This document shows, piece after piece, positions 29,702 to 38,987 of a stretch of 64,000 nucleotides of DNA. The DNA is from Thermomicrobiales bacterium. GTDB lineage: Bacteria > Chloroflexota > Chloroflexia > Thermomicrobiales > UBA6265. A program made the translations under genes and the position numbers. The notes beneath the pieces were generated by a model that saw only the letters and a program-made list of their open reading frames with translations, ran no database searches and was not told the DNA's origin. Location of the stretch: the NCBI GenBank assembly GCA_049841275.1, contig JASGDN010000047.1, positions 95,057 through 159,056 of the forward strand, in the 5' to 3' direction. Numbering within the stretch: position 1 is the first letter of the stretch; each line of letters opens with the position of its first letter.

Positions 29702-29989
29702 ATGGATGGCATCAAACGACTCATTACCTTTGGCATCGGCGGGGCAATCGGGACGGCCATCGGCGCGGCGGTCGCGAGCTTCATGGCGCCACAGACCGGC
29801 AAGGAGCTCCAGGCGTCCACGCACGGGTTCGTCGATGAGGTGAAGGCCGCGGGCGACAAGGCCCAGGCGGAGACCGAAGCGCGGTTGACGCAGCGCTTCC
29901 GGGAAGTGACCGGCACGCGTGGCACCCTGACCGATGTCACCGGCCTGCCTGTGGGCAATGCCCCCGCCCAGCTTCCCCCGGCGCGGTAG
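29702..29989 (+). CDS. YtxH-like small membrane/stress protein
   Basis: 'LITFGIGGAIGTAIGAAVASFMAPQTGKELQ' is the YtxH-domain signature (Gly-zipper TM followed by 'APxSGKE'). Confidence 0.7.
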   Translation: MDGIKRLITFGIGGAIGTAIGAAVASFMAPQTGKELQASTHGFVDEVKAAGDKAQAETEARLTQRFREVTGTRGTLTDVTGLPVGNAPAQLPPAR

Positions 29990-30010
29990 GCGGCCCGCGC
30001 GCCGGACCTC

Positions 30011-30039
30011 TTGCCAGAATAGAACATGTGTTCTATTCT
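30011..30039 (+). promoter_or_regulatory. Sigma-70-type promoter candidate giving a leaderless radical SAM mRNA
   Basis: TTGCCA (30011-30016), 17-nt spacer, TATTCT (30034-30039). ATG 30046 lies 7 nt after the -10 and has no SD. Confidence 0.45.
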
Positions 30040-30042
30040 GGC
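30013..30042. promoter_or_regulatory. Perfect 14-bp-arm palindrome with a GAAC-N4-GTTC core (LexA/SOS-box-like operator)
   Basis: GCCAGAATAGAACA-TG-TGTTCTATTCTGGC. The core AGAACATGTGTTCT matches the Gram-positive-type Cheo box pattern and fills the promoter spacer. Confidence 0.5.
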
Positions 30043-30045
30043 GGC

Positions 30046-30996
30046 ATGGAGAGGCACGATGAGGCGGCCGGATCAGGTCGCCGTGGCACCCGCTATCACG
30101 AGCAGCATGCGAAGACGATCGTCAACGCCGTCAAGGGCATGCCGTTCCACTGGAGCGTCTCGCCGTATCGCGGCTGCATCCATGCCTGCACCTATTGTTA
30201 CGCCCGCGCGACCCATCCCTTCCTCGGGTTCGATGCGGGCGCAGACTTCGAGCACGAGATCGTCGTCAAGGTGAATGCACCGGAGCTCCTGCAGCGCGAG
30301 GTGGGGCATCCACGCCTGCGCGGCCAGACCATCATCATGGGCACGGTCTCCGATCCCTACCAACCGGCGGAACACCGGTATCGCCTCACGCGGAGGCTCC
30401 TGCGCGTGCTCGACGTGGCGGGCAACCCGGTCGGCATCACCACGAAATCCACGACCGTCGCGCAGGATGTCGACCTGCTGGCCAGGATGGCCGAGCGCGG
30501 ACGCATCTCGGTCAATCTCACGGTCACGACTCTCGATCGCGATCTGGCGCGATTGCTGGAACCGCGCGCACCGTCGCCGCGGCAGCGCCTGGCGACGGTG
30601 CGTGTGCTTGCCGGTGCGGGCATTCCGGCCGGCATCTTCTGCGCGCCGATCCTGCCTGGTCTCACCGACGATCCGGATGATCTCGAACGGCTCGCGGAGG
30701 CGGTGGCGGGTCATGGCGGGCGCTGGATGATGTCGGGGGTGCTGCGGATCGGCGATGGGTTCGCGAAGCCATTCCTCGATGCGGCGCGGCGGGATTTTCC
30801 CCACCTCGCCCGGCGATACGAGCGGCAGGCGGCGCGTGGCTTTCGCGGCTCCGCCTCCCCGGACGATGTCGCGGAGATCCAGGGTCGGATGGATGCGATC
30901 CGTGCGCGATACGGGTTGCTCTCCGGTCCACCGAGCTTCCCGAAACCGCCTGCCATCGAACAGGCATCGCTTCCGCTCTTCGGCGTGCCGGCCTGA
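30046..30996 (+). CDS. Radical SAM protein of the SplB / 'DNA repair photolyase' (COG1533, Rv2578c-like) type
   Basis: 'SPYRGCIHACTYCYA' is the CxxxCxxC radical SAM cluster motif near the N-terminus. ~316 aa. Confidence 0.8.
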   Translation: MERHDEAAGSGRRGTRYHEQHAKTIVNAVKGMPFHWSVSPYRGCIHACTYCYARATHPFLGFDAGADFEHEIVVKVNAPELLQREVGHPRLRGQTIIMGTVSDPYQPAEHRYRLTRRLLRVLDVAGNPVGITTKSTTVAQDVDLLARMAERGRISVNLTVTTLDRDLARLLEPRAPSPRQRLATVRVLAGAGIPAGIFCAPILPGLTDDPDDLERLAEAVAGHGGRWMMSGVLRIGDGFAKPFLDAARRDFPHLARRYERQAARGFRGSASPDDVAEIQGRMDAIRARYGLLSGPPSFPKPPAIEQASLPLFGVPA

Positions 30997-31081
30997 ACCG
31001 GCGGTAGGGTATGCTGCCCCGGTATGACGGCGGTGCGCGAACGGTACGCCGCCGGGAGTGGGCAAGCGGGATCGGAGTCCG

Positions 31082-32257
31082 ATGGATCAGGGGCGACGGG
31101 TTGGCATTGTGGGAGCGGGGCAGCTTGCGCGCATGATGGCGCAGGCGGCGATTCCGCTGGAGATCGACCTGGTGCTGTTGGCGGCCAGCGCGAACGATGG
31201 CGCGGCGAAGGTGGTGCCGCAGGTGATCGTCGGGGCGCCGGACGATCCTGATCGCATGCGCGATCTGGCCGAGCGTGTCGATGTGCTGACGTTCGATCAC
31301 GAACTGGTCGATCATGCGCATCTGGCGGCGTTGGAGGCCGATGGATTCACTGTCTGGCCGTCCGCCGCGACGATGGCGCTGGCCCAGAACAAGCGGCGGC
31401 AGCGTGCCGAACTGGGCGCGGCGGGATTTCCGGTGCCGGCTTTCACTGACGTGGAGACATTCGCGGACCTTGTGGCATTCGGCAAGGCGCACGGGTGGCC
31501 GGTGGTCGTCAAGGCCTCGCGCGGTGGATACGACGGGCGCGGTGTCTGGATCGCCTCCAGCGAGGATGAGGCGCGGACGATCGTTGATGAGGCCCAGGCG
31601 CACGGGACCGTCCTCCTGGCCGAGCAGTTCCTGGCTCTCGATCGGGAGCTCGCGGTGCTGGTTGCGCGGCGGCCATCCGGAGAGGTGGCCGTGTATCCGG
31701 CGGTGGAGACCGTGCAGCGGAACGGCGTCTGCAACGAACTGCGCGTCCCCCTGGCCGCGGCTGGCGATCACGCCCGTGAGGCGGAGGCGATGGCGCGGCG
31801 GATCGCTGAGGAAACGCAGGCGGTCGGGATCATGGCCGTCGAATTCTTCGTCGCGAACGACACGCTCTACGTGAATGAACTCGCGCCGCGTCCGCACAAT
31901 TCCGGTCACTGGACGATCGAAGGTGCGCAGACATCCCAGTTCGAGCAGCATCTACGCGCCGTGCTCGATCTTCCGTTGGGGGCAACGGGCCTTACCGGTG
32001 CCGCTGTGGCGACGGTGAACGTCCTCGGTCCAGCCGACGGCTCCGATCCCGCCGATCGGTTGCCGGAGGCGCTGGCGATGCCGGGTGTACACGTTCACCT
32101 CTATGGCAAGGCGGCGCGGCCGGGCCGGAAGCTGGGACATGTTACCGTGGTCGGTGCGGACGCGGACGAGGTGTTCGCGCGGGCGACGAGAGCGGCGGCT
32201 GTCCTCGATGGAACGATGAATGCCGTGGATGGGGAACAGGACCGGATTGATGGATGA
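31082..32257 (+). CDS. purK: N5-carboxyaminoimidazole ribonucleotide synthase
   Basis: '[13 protein letters not shown]' and an ATP-grasp body ('[17 protein letters not shown]', '[14 protein letters not shown]'). Followed by purE. Confidence 0.9.
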   Translation: MDQGRRVGIVGAGQLARMMAQAAIPLEIDLVLLAASANDGAAKVVPQVIVGAPDDPDRMRDLAERVDVLTFDHELVDHAHLAALEADGFTVWPSAATMALAQNKRRQRAELGAAGFPVPAFTDVETFADLVAFGKAHGWPVVVKASRGGYDGRGVWIASSEDEARTIVDEAQAHGTVLLAEQFLALDRELAVLVARRPSGEVAVYPAVETVQRNGVCNELRVPLAAAGDHAREAEAMARRIAEETQAVGIMAVEFFVANDTLYVNELAPRPHNSGHWTIEGAQTSQFEQHLRAVLDLPLGATGLTGAAVATVNVLGPADGSDPADRLPEALAMPGVHVHLYGKAARPGRKLGHVTVVGADADEVFARATRAAAVLDGTMNAVDGEQDRIDG

Positions 32258-32264
32258 CAACGTG

Positions 32265-32780
32265 ATGTCGCAACCACAACCACTCGTCGGCGTAATCATG
32301 GGGAGCGATTCCGATCTGCCGACGATGCAGGGGGCGATCGATGCACTCCACGAATTCGGTGTGCCGGTGGAAGTCCGCATCATGTCGGCGCATCGCACGC
32401 CGGACGAAATGATCGCCTATGCCCGGGAGGCGGCGGCGCATGGTCTGCGCGCGATCATTGCCGGCGCCGGTGGCGCGGCGCATCTGCCTGGGATGGTTGC
32501 CTCGGTGACGCCACTGCCGGTGATCGGCGTGCCGGTCGTCGCGGAGGTCTTCAAGGGGTTGGGCGGCATGGACGCCCTGCTCTCGATCGTGCAGATGCCG
32601 GCGGGCATTCCGGTCGCGACCGTGGCGATCGGGAGCGCGCGGAACGCCGGTCTGCTGGCGGTGCGCATTCTGGCCTCCGGCGATCCGGACCTGACGGAGC
32701 GGATGGAGGCATTCCAGGCGGCATTGCACGACAAGGTCGTGGCGAAGGACGCCGATGTGAGTGCCCGCTTCGCATCCTGA
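32265..32780 (+). CDS. purE: N5-carboxyaminoimidazole ribonucleotide mutase
   Basis: '[14 protein letters not shown]', 'SAHRTP' and '[17 protein letters not shown]'. An alternative ATG at 32250 would overlap the purK stop. Confidence 0.9.
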   Translation: MSQPQPLVGVIMGSDSDLPTMQGAIDALHEFGVPVEVRIMSAHRTPDEMIAYAREAAAHGLRAIIAGAGGAAHLPGMVASVTPLPVIGVPVVAEVFKGLGGMDALLSIVQMPAGIPVATVAIGSARNAGLLAVRILASGDPDLTERMEAFQAALHDKVVAKDADVSARFAS

Positions 32781-33078
32781 TGCCCGGAGACGACCTGGTA
32801 TGAATCGGTCGTCCCCAATGACCAAGTCCCATGTCATCGCGAGCGACGTGAACGGCCCCTGCGCGAAGCGCTTCCCGCGGGCCACAAACCGGAAATCGTC
32901 GGTGGTATGGACTGCGCTTTGTCTTCCGCAGTGGGACATTGCGCGTAGGGACGATCCTCGCAGTGGTTGCTGCGGTCGGTGATCGCCCCTACAGGGGATG
33001 ACACGTCCGGACTGGACCCCCTTCCGGGTTAGCTGTAACGCCGAGGCCGGACCGATTCCTATACACGCGGTCGTTGAA

Positions 33079-33109
33079 CGAAGGGGCCGACACGAGGTCG
33101 GCCCCTTCG
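33079..33109. terminator. GC-rich hairpin (terminator-like) between purE and the tauE-like gene
   Basis: CGAAGGGGCCGAC-acgag-GTCGGCCCCTTCG, a 13-bp stem about 70 nt downstream of the minus-strand tauE-like stop. Confidence 0.4.
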
Positions 33110-33180
33110 TGTTGGGTCATGTCAGGGTAAGCAGGATAGTCCACTGAGCGAAGCATCGGATGGCAGGACTGACGGATCAC

Positions 33181-33948
33181 TCACGGCAGCAGGAGCAGCG
33201 TGCCTGCGGTGAACGGGGTCAGCACGATGGCGGAGCGGAGCAGCCAGAGCGGCGCGCGGCGCGTGAACTTCGCGCCGATGTAAGAACCGATCGTCATGCC
33301 GATCGTTGCGCCGATCAGGTGTGGCAGGGAGACATCGCCGTGCGTCGCCAGGGCAATGCCGCCGCCCAGGCTGATGAAGATGAGCGCCAGCATCGTCGTG
33401 CCGATCGTTTTTACCAGCGACATCTTCAGGATTGTCAGCATCCCCAGCTGCAGGAATGGGGTCATGCCCACGCCAAAGAAGGCGCTTGCCACGCCGCCGG
33501 TCGCGCCCAGCACGATCGTGCCCACCGTCTGCTTCACGGTCGGGACCGCATCTGCCGGATCGTGCGCCGCGACGAGCTTGCCGCTGAGGCGCGAACGCAG
33601 GAAGACCAGCGCCGCCAGGACCCAGAGGGCGATGCCGGCCATTGGTTGCAGGATGTGCTCTGGAATCGACTGCCCGATGCCCGCGCCCGCCACCGCGCCG
33701 ACGACTCCGGCGGCGCCGACGAGCACGCCAACCCGCACATTGGTGTTGCCTTCGCGGAAGTGGGAAAGCGCACCCGAGAGCGTCACGAAGAACATGGCCG
33801 CCAGCGAGGTGCCGACTGCCTGATGGATGGGCAGATGGAAGCCGAGCGTGAGCAACGAGACCATGACGCCCGCGCCGCCTGCGCCCACGAATCCCAGCAG
33901 CATCCCGACGAGGACGCAGACGATGGTCAGGGTGATGATGAGGGTCAG
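33181..33948 (-). CDS. TauE/SafE family anion exporter (sulfite exporter family)
   Basis: The Gly-rich TM1 motif 'GFVGAGGAG' recurs in the second half ('GATGGVASAFFGVG'). The first canonical start (ATG 33903) would remove TM1. The frame is open to 33996 and its only plausible start is CTG 33948. Confidence 0.8.
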   Translation of the reverse strand: MTLIITLTIVCVLVGMLLGFVGAGGAGVMVSLLTLGFHLPIHQAVGTSLAAMFFVTLSGALSHFREGNTNVRVGVLVGAAGVVGAVAGAGIGQSIPEHILQPMAGIALWVLAALVFLRSRLSGKLVAAHDPADAVPTVKQTVGTIVLGATGGVASAFFGVGMTPFLQLGMLTILKMSLVKTIGTTMLALIFISLGGGIALATHGDVSLPHLIGATIGMTIGSYIGAKFTRRAPLWLLRSAIVLTPFTAGTLLLLP

Positions 33949-34331
33949 GACGGGCGCTCCCGGTCGTTGGGGAGATCGTCTAGGTCGAGGATCACGTCAC
34001 CGGGACGTTCCTGATAGCGATAGCTGGTATCGGGATCGGTTGTGGTGGTGCGGCGACGGTCGTAGTCGCGCGTGCTGACATCGACCCACTGGATCGAGGA
34101 ACGTGGGCGATCCGCCGGCATCGGCGTATGACTGCTGCGCCACCAGAGCCAGAGCACGATGGCGAGGGGGATGAGCAGGGCGATCACGAAGCCGACGCGC
34201 ATGATGAGACTGACGACCCCGTGGAAGAACCAGCCGACGAGAATGCCGACGATCAGGCCCGCGAGGAATCCGAAGCGAGCGAACCGCGTGCGATCCCAGA
34301 AGCCGGGAGGCGTATAGGCGTTGAAGCTCAT
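33945..34331 (-). CDS. Hypothetical membrane protein (128 aa, two TM segments, charged tail)
   Basis: ATG 34331 (MSFNAYTPPGFW...). Hydrophobic 'FGFLAGLIVGILVGWFF' and 'VGFVIALLIPLAIVLWLWW'. Its stop is coupled to the tauE-like gene. Confidence 0.55.
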   Translation of the reverse strand: MSFNAYTPPGFWDRTRFARFGFLAGLIVGILVGWFFHGVVSLIMRVGFVIALLIPLAIVLWLWWRSSHTPMPADRPRSSIQWVDVSTRDYDRRRTTTTDPDTSYRYQERPGDVILDLDDLPNDRERPS

Positions 34332-34478
34332 GGGGACGTTGCCTTGCCGAAACGGTCCGCAGGGAGCCGGTGCGATGCGATATCGCGGCGATCGAGGTGC
34401 GGGTCCGACGATGAGGCTCGATCGCACGTACTGAAGAGTATCCCACCAGCCCGATTCCGTGTCTTGTGGTCCGTCCGG

Positions 34479-35426
34479 TCAGTCGAGCCGCTCGGCGGTC
34501 GTGTCGCGCAGGATGGGCCGGGTGAGACAGGTCGGGCCACCGGCGCGGTTGTGCGAGATTTCGTCGCCGGTGTAGGTAAGGACCTCGATGCCGTGCGCTT
34601 CCAGGCGCGACTTCGTGACCGGATTGTCCTTCAGCATCAGGACCTTGCCGGGCTCCAGGGTGAGGACGTTCGTGCCTTGCGTGGAGAATTCCTCCTCCGG
34701 GATCTCGATCAGCGTCCAGCCGGACGTCCGCAGGAGTTGCACGAAGGACGTCGCCATCAGCGGTAGATGCACCACGGCGACCTGCTCGTCGACCGGGCTG
34801 AGCAGCGAGAGCAGGTGGAGACATTCGTCCTCGCCGTGCCAGTGCGGCAGGGAGACCCGGTAGACATCCACATCGAGCGATTGGAGGATCACCTGCAACT
34901 GATCGATGCCGGCGGCATTCGTCCGGTATCCCTCGCCAACGGCCAGCACGTTCTGGTCGAGCCAGCACATGTCGCCGCCTTCCAGGGTGCCGGGTTCGGA
35001 GATCTCACCGATGATCGGAATGCCGAGCTCCTCGTACGCGTGGCGGGCGATCTCCACCTCGGGGCGGCGGACGGCCTTGCCGGGGCGAGTGAGGATCGCG
35101 CCCTCGTCGGTGATGTAGGACGAGTCGTAGACGAAGATCGAGTCCAGGAGGCCGGCCGGGGCGGCAGGGCGCACGATGACCTCGATGCCGGCTTCGGTGA
35201 GGATGTTCGTGAATGCTTCGTGCTCGGCCAGGGCGAGGGCGTCGTTGGGGGGATGGGGGTAATTGAAGCGGTCGCCGTCGGTGGGGGAGGTGGAGGGAGC
35301 CGGACGCTGGACAAGGACGCGCTTCAGCGGTGCGACCATCGAGTGCCCGCCGAACCCCTGGCGCAATGGCTGCGTGGCGGCAGATTCGGTCAATTGTTCC
35401 GTGAGATTGCGTGCGAATTCGCGCAT
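34479..35426 (-). CDS. Amidinotransferase / DDAH / arginine deiminase-fold (guanidino-group modifying) enzyme
   Basis: C-terminal catalytic Cys context 'HNRAGGPTCLTRPI', plus 'GTLEGGDMCW' and 'AVGEGYRTN', typical of this superfamily. Confidence 0.8.
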   Translation of the reverse strand: MREFARNLTEQLTESAATQPLRQGFGGHSMVAPLKRVLVQRPAPSTSPTDGDRFNYPHPPNDALALAEHEAFTNILTEAGIEVIVRPAAPAGLLDSIFVYDSSYITDEGAILTRPGKAVRRPEVEIARHAYEELGIPIIGEISEPGTLEGGDMCWLDQNVLAVGEGYRTNAAGIDQLQVILQSLDVDVYRVSLPHWHGEDECLHLLSLLSPVDEQVAVVHLPLMATSFVQLLRTSGWTLIEIPEEEFSTQGTNVLTLEPGKVLMLKDNPVTKSRLEAHGIEVLTYTGDEISHNRAGGPTCLTRPILRDTTAERLD

Positions 35427-35871
35427 CCTCGTCCTCTCCCCCGCCCTGTCGATCCTGCTGCAATGAATCTGGCCGAGTTCGTTCCGGCCCGATAGATCGT
35501 CATCGTACCACGATGGTTCCGGCGATCCGGCGGGATTGGCATCGACCGGGCGATTGCCCGGCTATCGCCTGGCGGGCAGAAGGGCATGATGGCGGCGGGA
35601 GCGCACGCGGCGTGTATGACGTGCGACTAATTGATTGCGCGGTTGATTCCGGGAGAAGCCCGTAACAGCGGGCATCTTCGCCTCCAGGCAGGCCGGCGAA
35701 CTCACCGCCCCACTGCGATGAATTCCGGGAATCGCTGGTTTCGGGCCTGCGACCTCACCGGGCCGCTGCGATTTATTCCTTGCTGCACGGGGGCCTATGA
35801 TGCCTTGGTATGCTGGGCACAGTGATGGTCGCCGCGTCCGGCGGATACCGCAATTGCAAGGGGATTCCTTC

Positions 35872-37071
35872 GTGAAGATCGCGTTCTTCGATCCGTTTTC
35901 CGGCGCCAGTGGGGACATGGTCCTGGGGGCACTGGTCGATGCCGGTCTCTCCTTCGCCATGCTGGGGGCCGAGCTGGGGAAGCTGGGGCTGGAAGGATAT
36001 GACCTGCGGCGGGAGGCGGCGAGCCAGCATGGCATCCACGGCACGCGGGTCGTGGTTCGCTCCTCGGAGACGACGCTGGCGCGCAGCTGGGCGACGATCC
36101 GGACGCTGATTGCGGATTCGGAGCTGGATGTCCCGGTGAAGGCGGCGGCGCTGGCGGTCTTCGAGCGGCTGGCGGTTGCCGAGGCGGGCGTTCACGGCAC
36201 GACGCCGGAAGAGGTCCATTTCCACGAGGTGGGTGGCGTCGATGCGATCGTGGACATCTGCGGCGCCTGTATCGGACTGGCCTTGCTCGGTATCGAGGAG
36301 GTCTACGCGGGAGCGCCGCAGGTGGGGAGCGGATTCGCGCGGAGCATGCACGGGACGATTCCGGTGCCGGCTCCGGCGACGGCGGCCCTGCTGGCGGAAG
36401 CCGGCGCGCCGATCGCGAAGCCGCTGCCGGAGATGACCGAGCACCCGTCCGAACTCCTGACTCCGACCGGGGCAGCGATCCTGACGACGCTGGCGACCTT
36501 CCAGCGGCCGTCGTTCGTGCCGTCGGCGGTTGGGTACGGATTCGGGCAACGCGAGCATCCCTGGCCGAATGCACTCCGCGTCTGGATCGGCGAGATGGAG
36601 ACGCCCGCCGACCGCGTGGACGATGGCGAGCTCCTGCTCGAAACGAACATCGATGACATGAACCCGCAGTTCATGGAACTGGCGATGGAGCGGCTGTTTG
36701 CGGCGGGTGCGCTGGATGCCTGGCTGACGCCCATCGTGATGAAGAAGGGGCGTCCAGCGACGCAGGTCAGCGTGCTGGTCCCGGCGTCGAAACGGCAGGA
36801 TGCGGAGCGGGTGCTGTTCGAGCAGACCTCCACGCTGGGTGTCCGCGCAACGGTGGTCGACCGGGTGAAGTTGCCGCGGGAGTTCGTGACGATTGCGACG
36901 CGGTGGGGCGATGTGCCGGTGAAGCTCCGCTCGTGGAATGGACGGGTGATCGACGCTGCTCCCGAGTACGATGCCTGCCTCGCGATCGCGCGCGAGCACG
37001 ATTTGCCGGTGCGGGTGGCGTGGAATGAGGCGCACCGGTTGGCGGAGAGCTACGTCGGCCAGAAGCGGTAA
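35872..37071 (+). CDS. larC: Nickel insertion protein LarC (DUF111; nickel-pincer cofactor biosynthesis)
   Basis: 'KIAFFDPFSGASGDMVLGALVDAG', 'FHEVGGVDAIVDI' and 'LETNIDDMNPQ'. GTG 35872 gives the canonical N-terminus. Confidence 0.85.
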   Translation: MKIAFFDPFSGASGDMVLGALVDAGLSFAMLGAELGKLGLEGYDLRREAASQHGIHGTRVVVRSSETTLARSWATIRTLIADSELDVPVKAAALAVFERLAVAEAGVHGTTPEEVHFHEVGGVDAIVDICGACIGLALLGIEEVYAGAPQVGSGFARSMHGTIPVPAPATAALLAEAGAPIAKPLPEMTEHPSELLTPTGAAILTTLATFQRPSFVPSAVGYGFGQREHPWPNALRVWIGEMETPADRVDDGELLLETNIDDMNPQFMELAMERLFAAGALDAWLTPIVMKKGRPATQVSVLVPASKRQDAERVLFEQTSTLGVRATVVDRVKLPREFVTIATRWGDVPVKLRSWNGRVIDAAPEYDACLAIAREHDLPVRVAWNEAHRLAESYVGQKR

Positions 37072-37134
37072 GGGCGCTTTCGACGATCTATCGCCCGGCA
37101 TTGCCGCCGGTGGTGGGGTGTGCCGGATGGTGGT

Positions 37135-37797
37135 CTACACGCGGTGGGCGGTGATCTCCAGACGAGTGCCAAGCGGGCCGGCGGGAAGGGCGTTCTCGAC
37201 CGTGGTGATGCGCTGGCGGAGGCGGAAGAGCGCCTGTTCTGTGTCCGGGCGTTTCAGCAGGACGGTGCCGACCATCAGGCCCGCCGCATGGGGCAGTTCC
37301 GCGATACCAGGATTCACGCGCCGGATCGATGAGATACCGAAGCCCGCCTCCATGACGAGGCGGACGATGTCGCATTCCCGGTAGTGGCGGTGCCAGCCGG
37401 TCGGTTCCGGTTCCTTTGGTTCCTCGGCGAGCCCGGTCGTCTCCGCAAGGTAGCGAAAGAGGTTCAGCGCGTCGAGCCAGCCGGTGAGGCCGTCGACGGG
37501 GATGCGGAGGCGCAGTTCTCCGCCCGCTTCCAGCAGGCGCGCGCATTCGGTAAGGAAGGCCTGCTCGTCGTAGGTGTGCTCCAGCACGTCGAGGGCGACG
37601 ATCCGGTGGATACTACCCGACTCCCGCGGTACGAGGATGTGCTGTACGTCGGTGCTGTAGGTGTAGTCCGTCGTGGCCGAGCCTTCCGTACGAGCGGTGA
37701 TCCGAGGGCCATCGCCCGTCAGGTCCAATGAGAATGTCAGGTTGGTATCGACGTGGACGAGGGGCCGGCTGGTTGGCAAGGCGGCGGCTTGGGGCAT
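37135..37797 (-). CDS. Methyltransferase-fold-like protein lacking a recognisable SAM motif I
   Basis: 'IVALDVLEHTYDEQAFLTECARLLEAGGELRLRIP' resembles motifs II-III of class I MTases, but there is no GxGxG upstream. ATG 37797 follows AAGGA. Confidence 0.55.
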   Translation of the reverse strand: MPQAAALPTSRPLVHVDTNLTFSLDLTGDGPRITARTEGSATTDYTYSTDVQHILVPRESGSIHRIVALDVLEHTYDEQAFLTECARLLEAGGELRLRIPVDGLTGWLDALNLFRYLAETTGLAEEPKEPEPTGWHRHYRECDIVRLVMEAGFGISSIRRVNPGIAELPHAAGLMVGTVLLKRPDTEQALFRLRQRITTVENALPAGPLGTRLEITAHRV

Positions 37798-37943
37798 ACT
37801 GGAATCCTTCGGAACGGTCGCGGTGGTCCGGTGAACATGGCCTCCGGTCATCCAGCGTCCAATGATCGTCGGCCATCGGTGGAGCGTCCACCCGGACCAC
37901 GGGGTTCCGCCGCGAGCGATCGTCATGGGAGGCAGGTGTTTGC

Positions 37944-38723
37944 GTGGAACTCATAACCGTTCATCCGCTCGATCCCGAGATCGTCCGGGCCTACGTTGCC
38001 GTCCTGCAGGGCGATGAACCGGTTCCCGATGGGTGGCGGACCTGGTGGACACCAGCATTGACCGCTGCGCTCGATCCGGCCAGGCGCGGGAGCGAGCGGG
38101 CGGCCAACCAGCTGACGTTCGGCCTTGCGCAGGTGCTGACGGTGCAATGGCCGGTCTACTTCCAGCAAGGATTCGGGTTCACGACGTGGGAGGCGCGGGT
38201 CGATCGCGGTGTGGGAATACTCCTGCGGCCACCGTCACGGCTCTTCGTGGAAGCGGGACTGCCAGAATCGGTCGCGCGGGCGATGCCGATCCGGCTCGAC
38301 CTGCAGCAGGGGATGATGGGCGGGGCGTGGATTCCGGCGCGGCTGGTGCCGGATCTCGAACGGCAGCTCGATACCCGGCTGGAACGCACGGCGAGGCGGC
38401 TTCACGATGGCGAGTTCGATCCTTACGCCATGCTGGGGTTGATGCTGGAGGCGGCAACCTACGCCCGGCAGCAGGGCCTGGGGCTCTTCGAGGCGATGGA
38501 TGTCGTGGGGCCGGGCGGCGAGGCGATCGGCGGTGGGACCGTGGTGACGCCAGACCGGAAGCGGCTTGCGCCCACGATTCAGGAGCGAATCGCGGAGGCG
38601 ATCCGGCCCCCGAAGCAGCCGGGATTGCTGGCGCGGATGTTCGGGCGGAAGGGGCACGAGGTGTTCTCGTCGAATGGGAAGACACCGCCGCCGTCCGATG
38701 TGACGCCGTTCGAGCCGGAATAG
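37944..38723 (+). CDS. Hypothetical protein (259 aa)
   Basis: GTG start, GC-rich third positions, no family recognised. Divergent from the MTase-like gene. Confidence 0.5.
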   Translation: MELITVHPLDPEIVRAYVAVLQGDEPVPDGWRTWWTPALTAALDPARRGSERAANQLTFGLAQVLTVQWPVYFQQGFGFTTWEARVDRGVGILLRPPSRLFVEAGLPESVARAMPIRLDLQQGMMGGAWIPARLVPDLERQLDTRLERTARRLHDGEFDPYAMLGLMLEAATYARQQGLGLFEAMDVVGPGGEAIGGGTVVTPDRKRLAPTIQERIAEAIRPPKQPGLLARMFGRKGHEVFSSNGKTPPPSDVTPFEPE

Positions 38724-38910
38724 GGCGACAACCGGCGCAGGCCAGCCCGCGGACCGCTTCCTCGGGACGACATCGGTACGTCAGGGCGAGCCCTGGTGAT
38801 CCGGAGTCGATGCATGCTCCAGCTCGCGTCCTCCGACGGGCTGGCTCTTGGATGCATGGCCTCGCATGGATGACCTGGCCGAATTATGTCCGGATTTTGG
38901 GCCATTTTCC

Positions 38911-38940
38911 TTGACACGCAGCGCTCAACCCTGCTATCCT
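38911..38940 (+). promoter_or_regulatory. Sigma-70-type promoter of the hrcA-grpE-dnaK operon
   Basis: TTGACA (38911-38916), 18-nt spacer, TATCCT (38935-38940). CIRCE starts 8 nt downstream. Confidence 0.6.
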
Positions 38941-38947
38941 CAGCGTG

Positions 38948-38974
38948 TTAGCACTCGGTAGAAGAGAGTGCTAA
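38948..38974 (+). promoter_or_regulatory. CIRCE operator (HrcA binding site)
   Basis: TTAGCACTC-GGTAGAAGA-GAGTGCTAA is a perfect match to the CIRCE consensus TTAGCACTC-N9-GAGTGCTAA. Confidence 0.92.
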
Positions 38975-38987
38975 CCAGCCAGGAGCG

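Noticed and set aside
30997-31081. Possible ZTP (pfl) riboswitch upstream of purK ('GACGGCGG...CGCCGCCGGGAGTGGGCA')
   Set aside because: It only loosely resembles the GACUGGCG / CCGCCUGGGCA cores. The 85-nt spacer is too short for the two-subdomain architecture. Not supported without a covariance-model scan.
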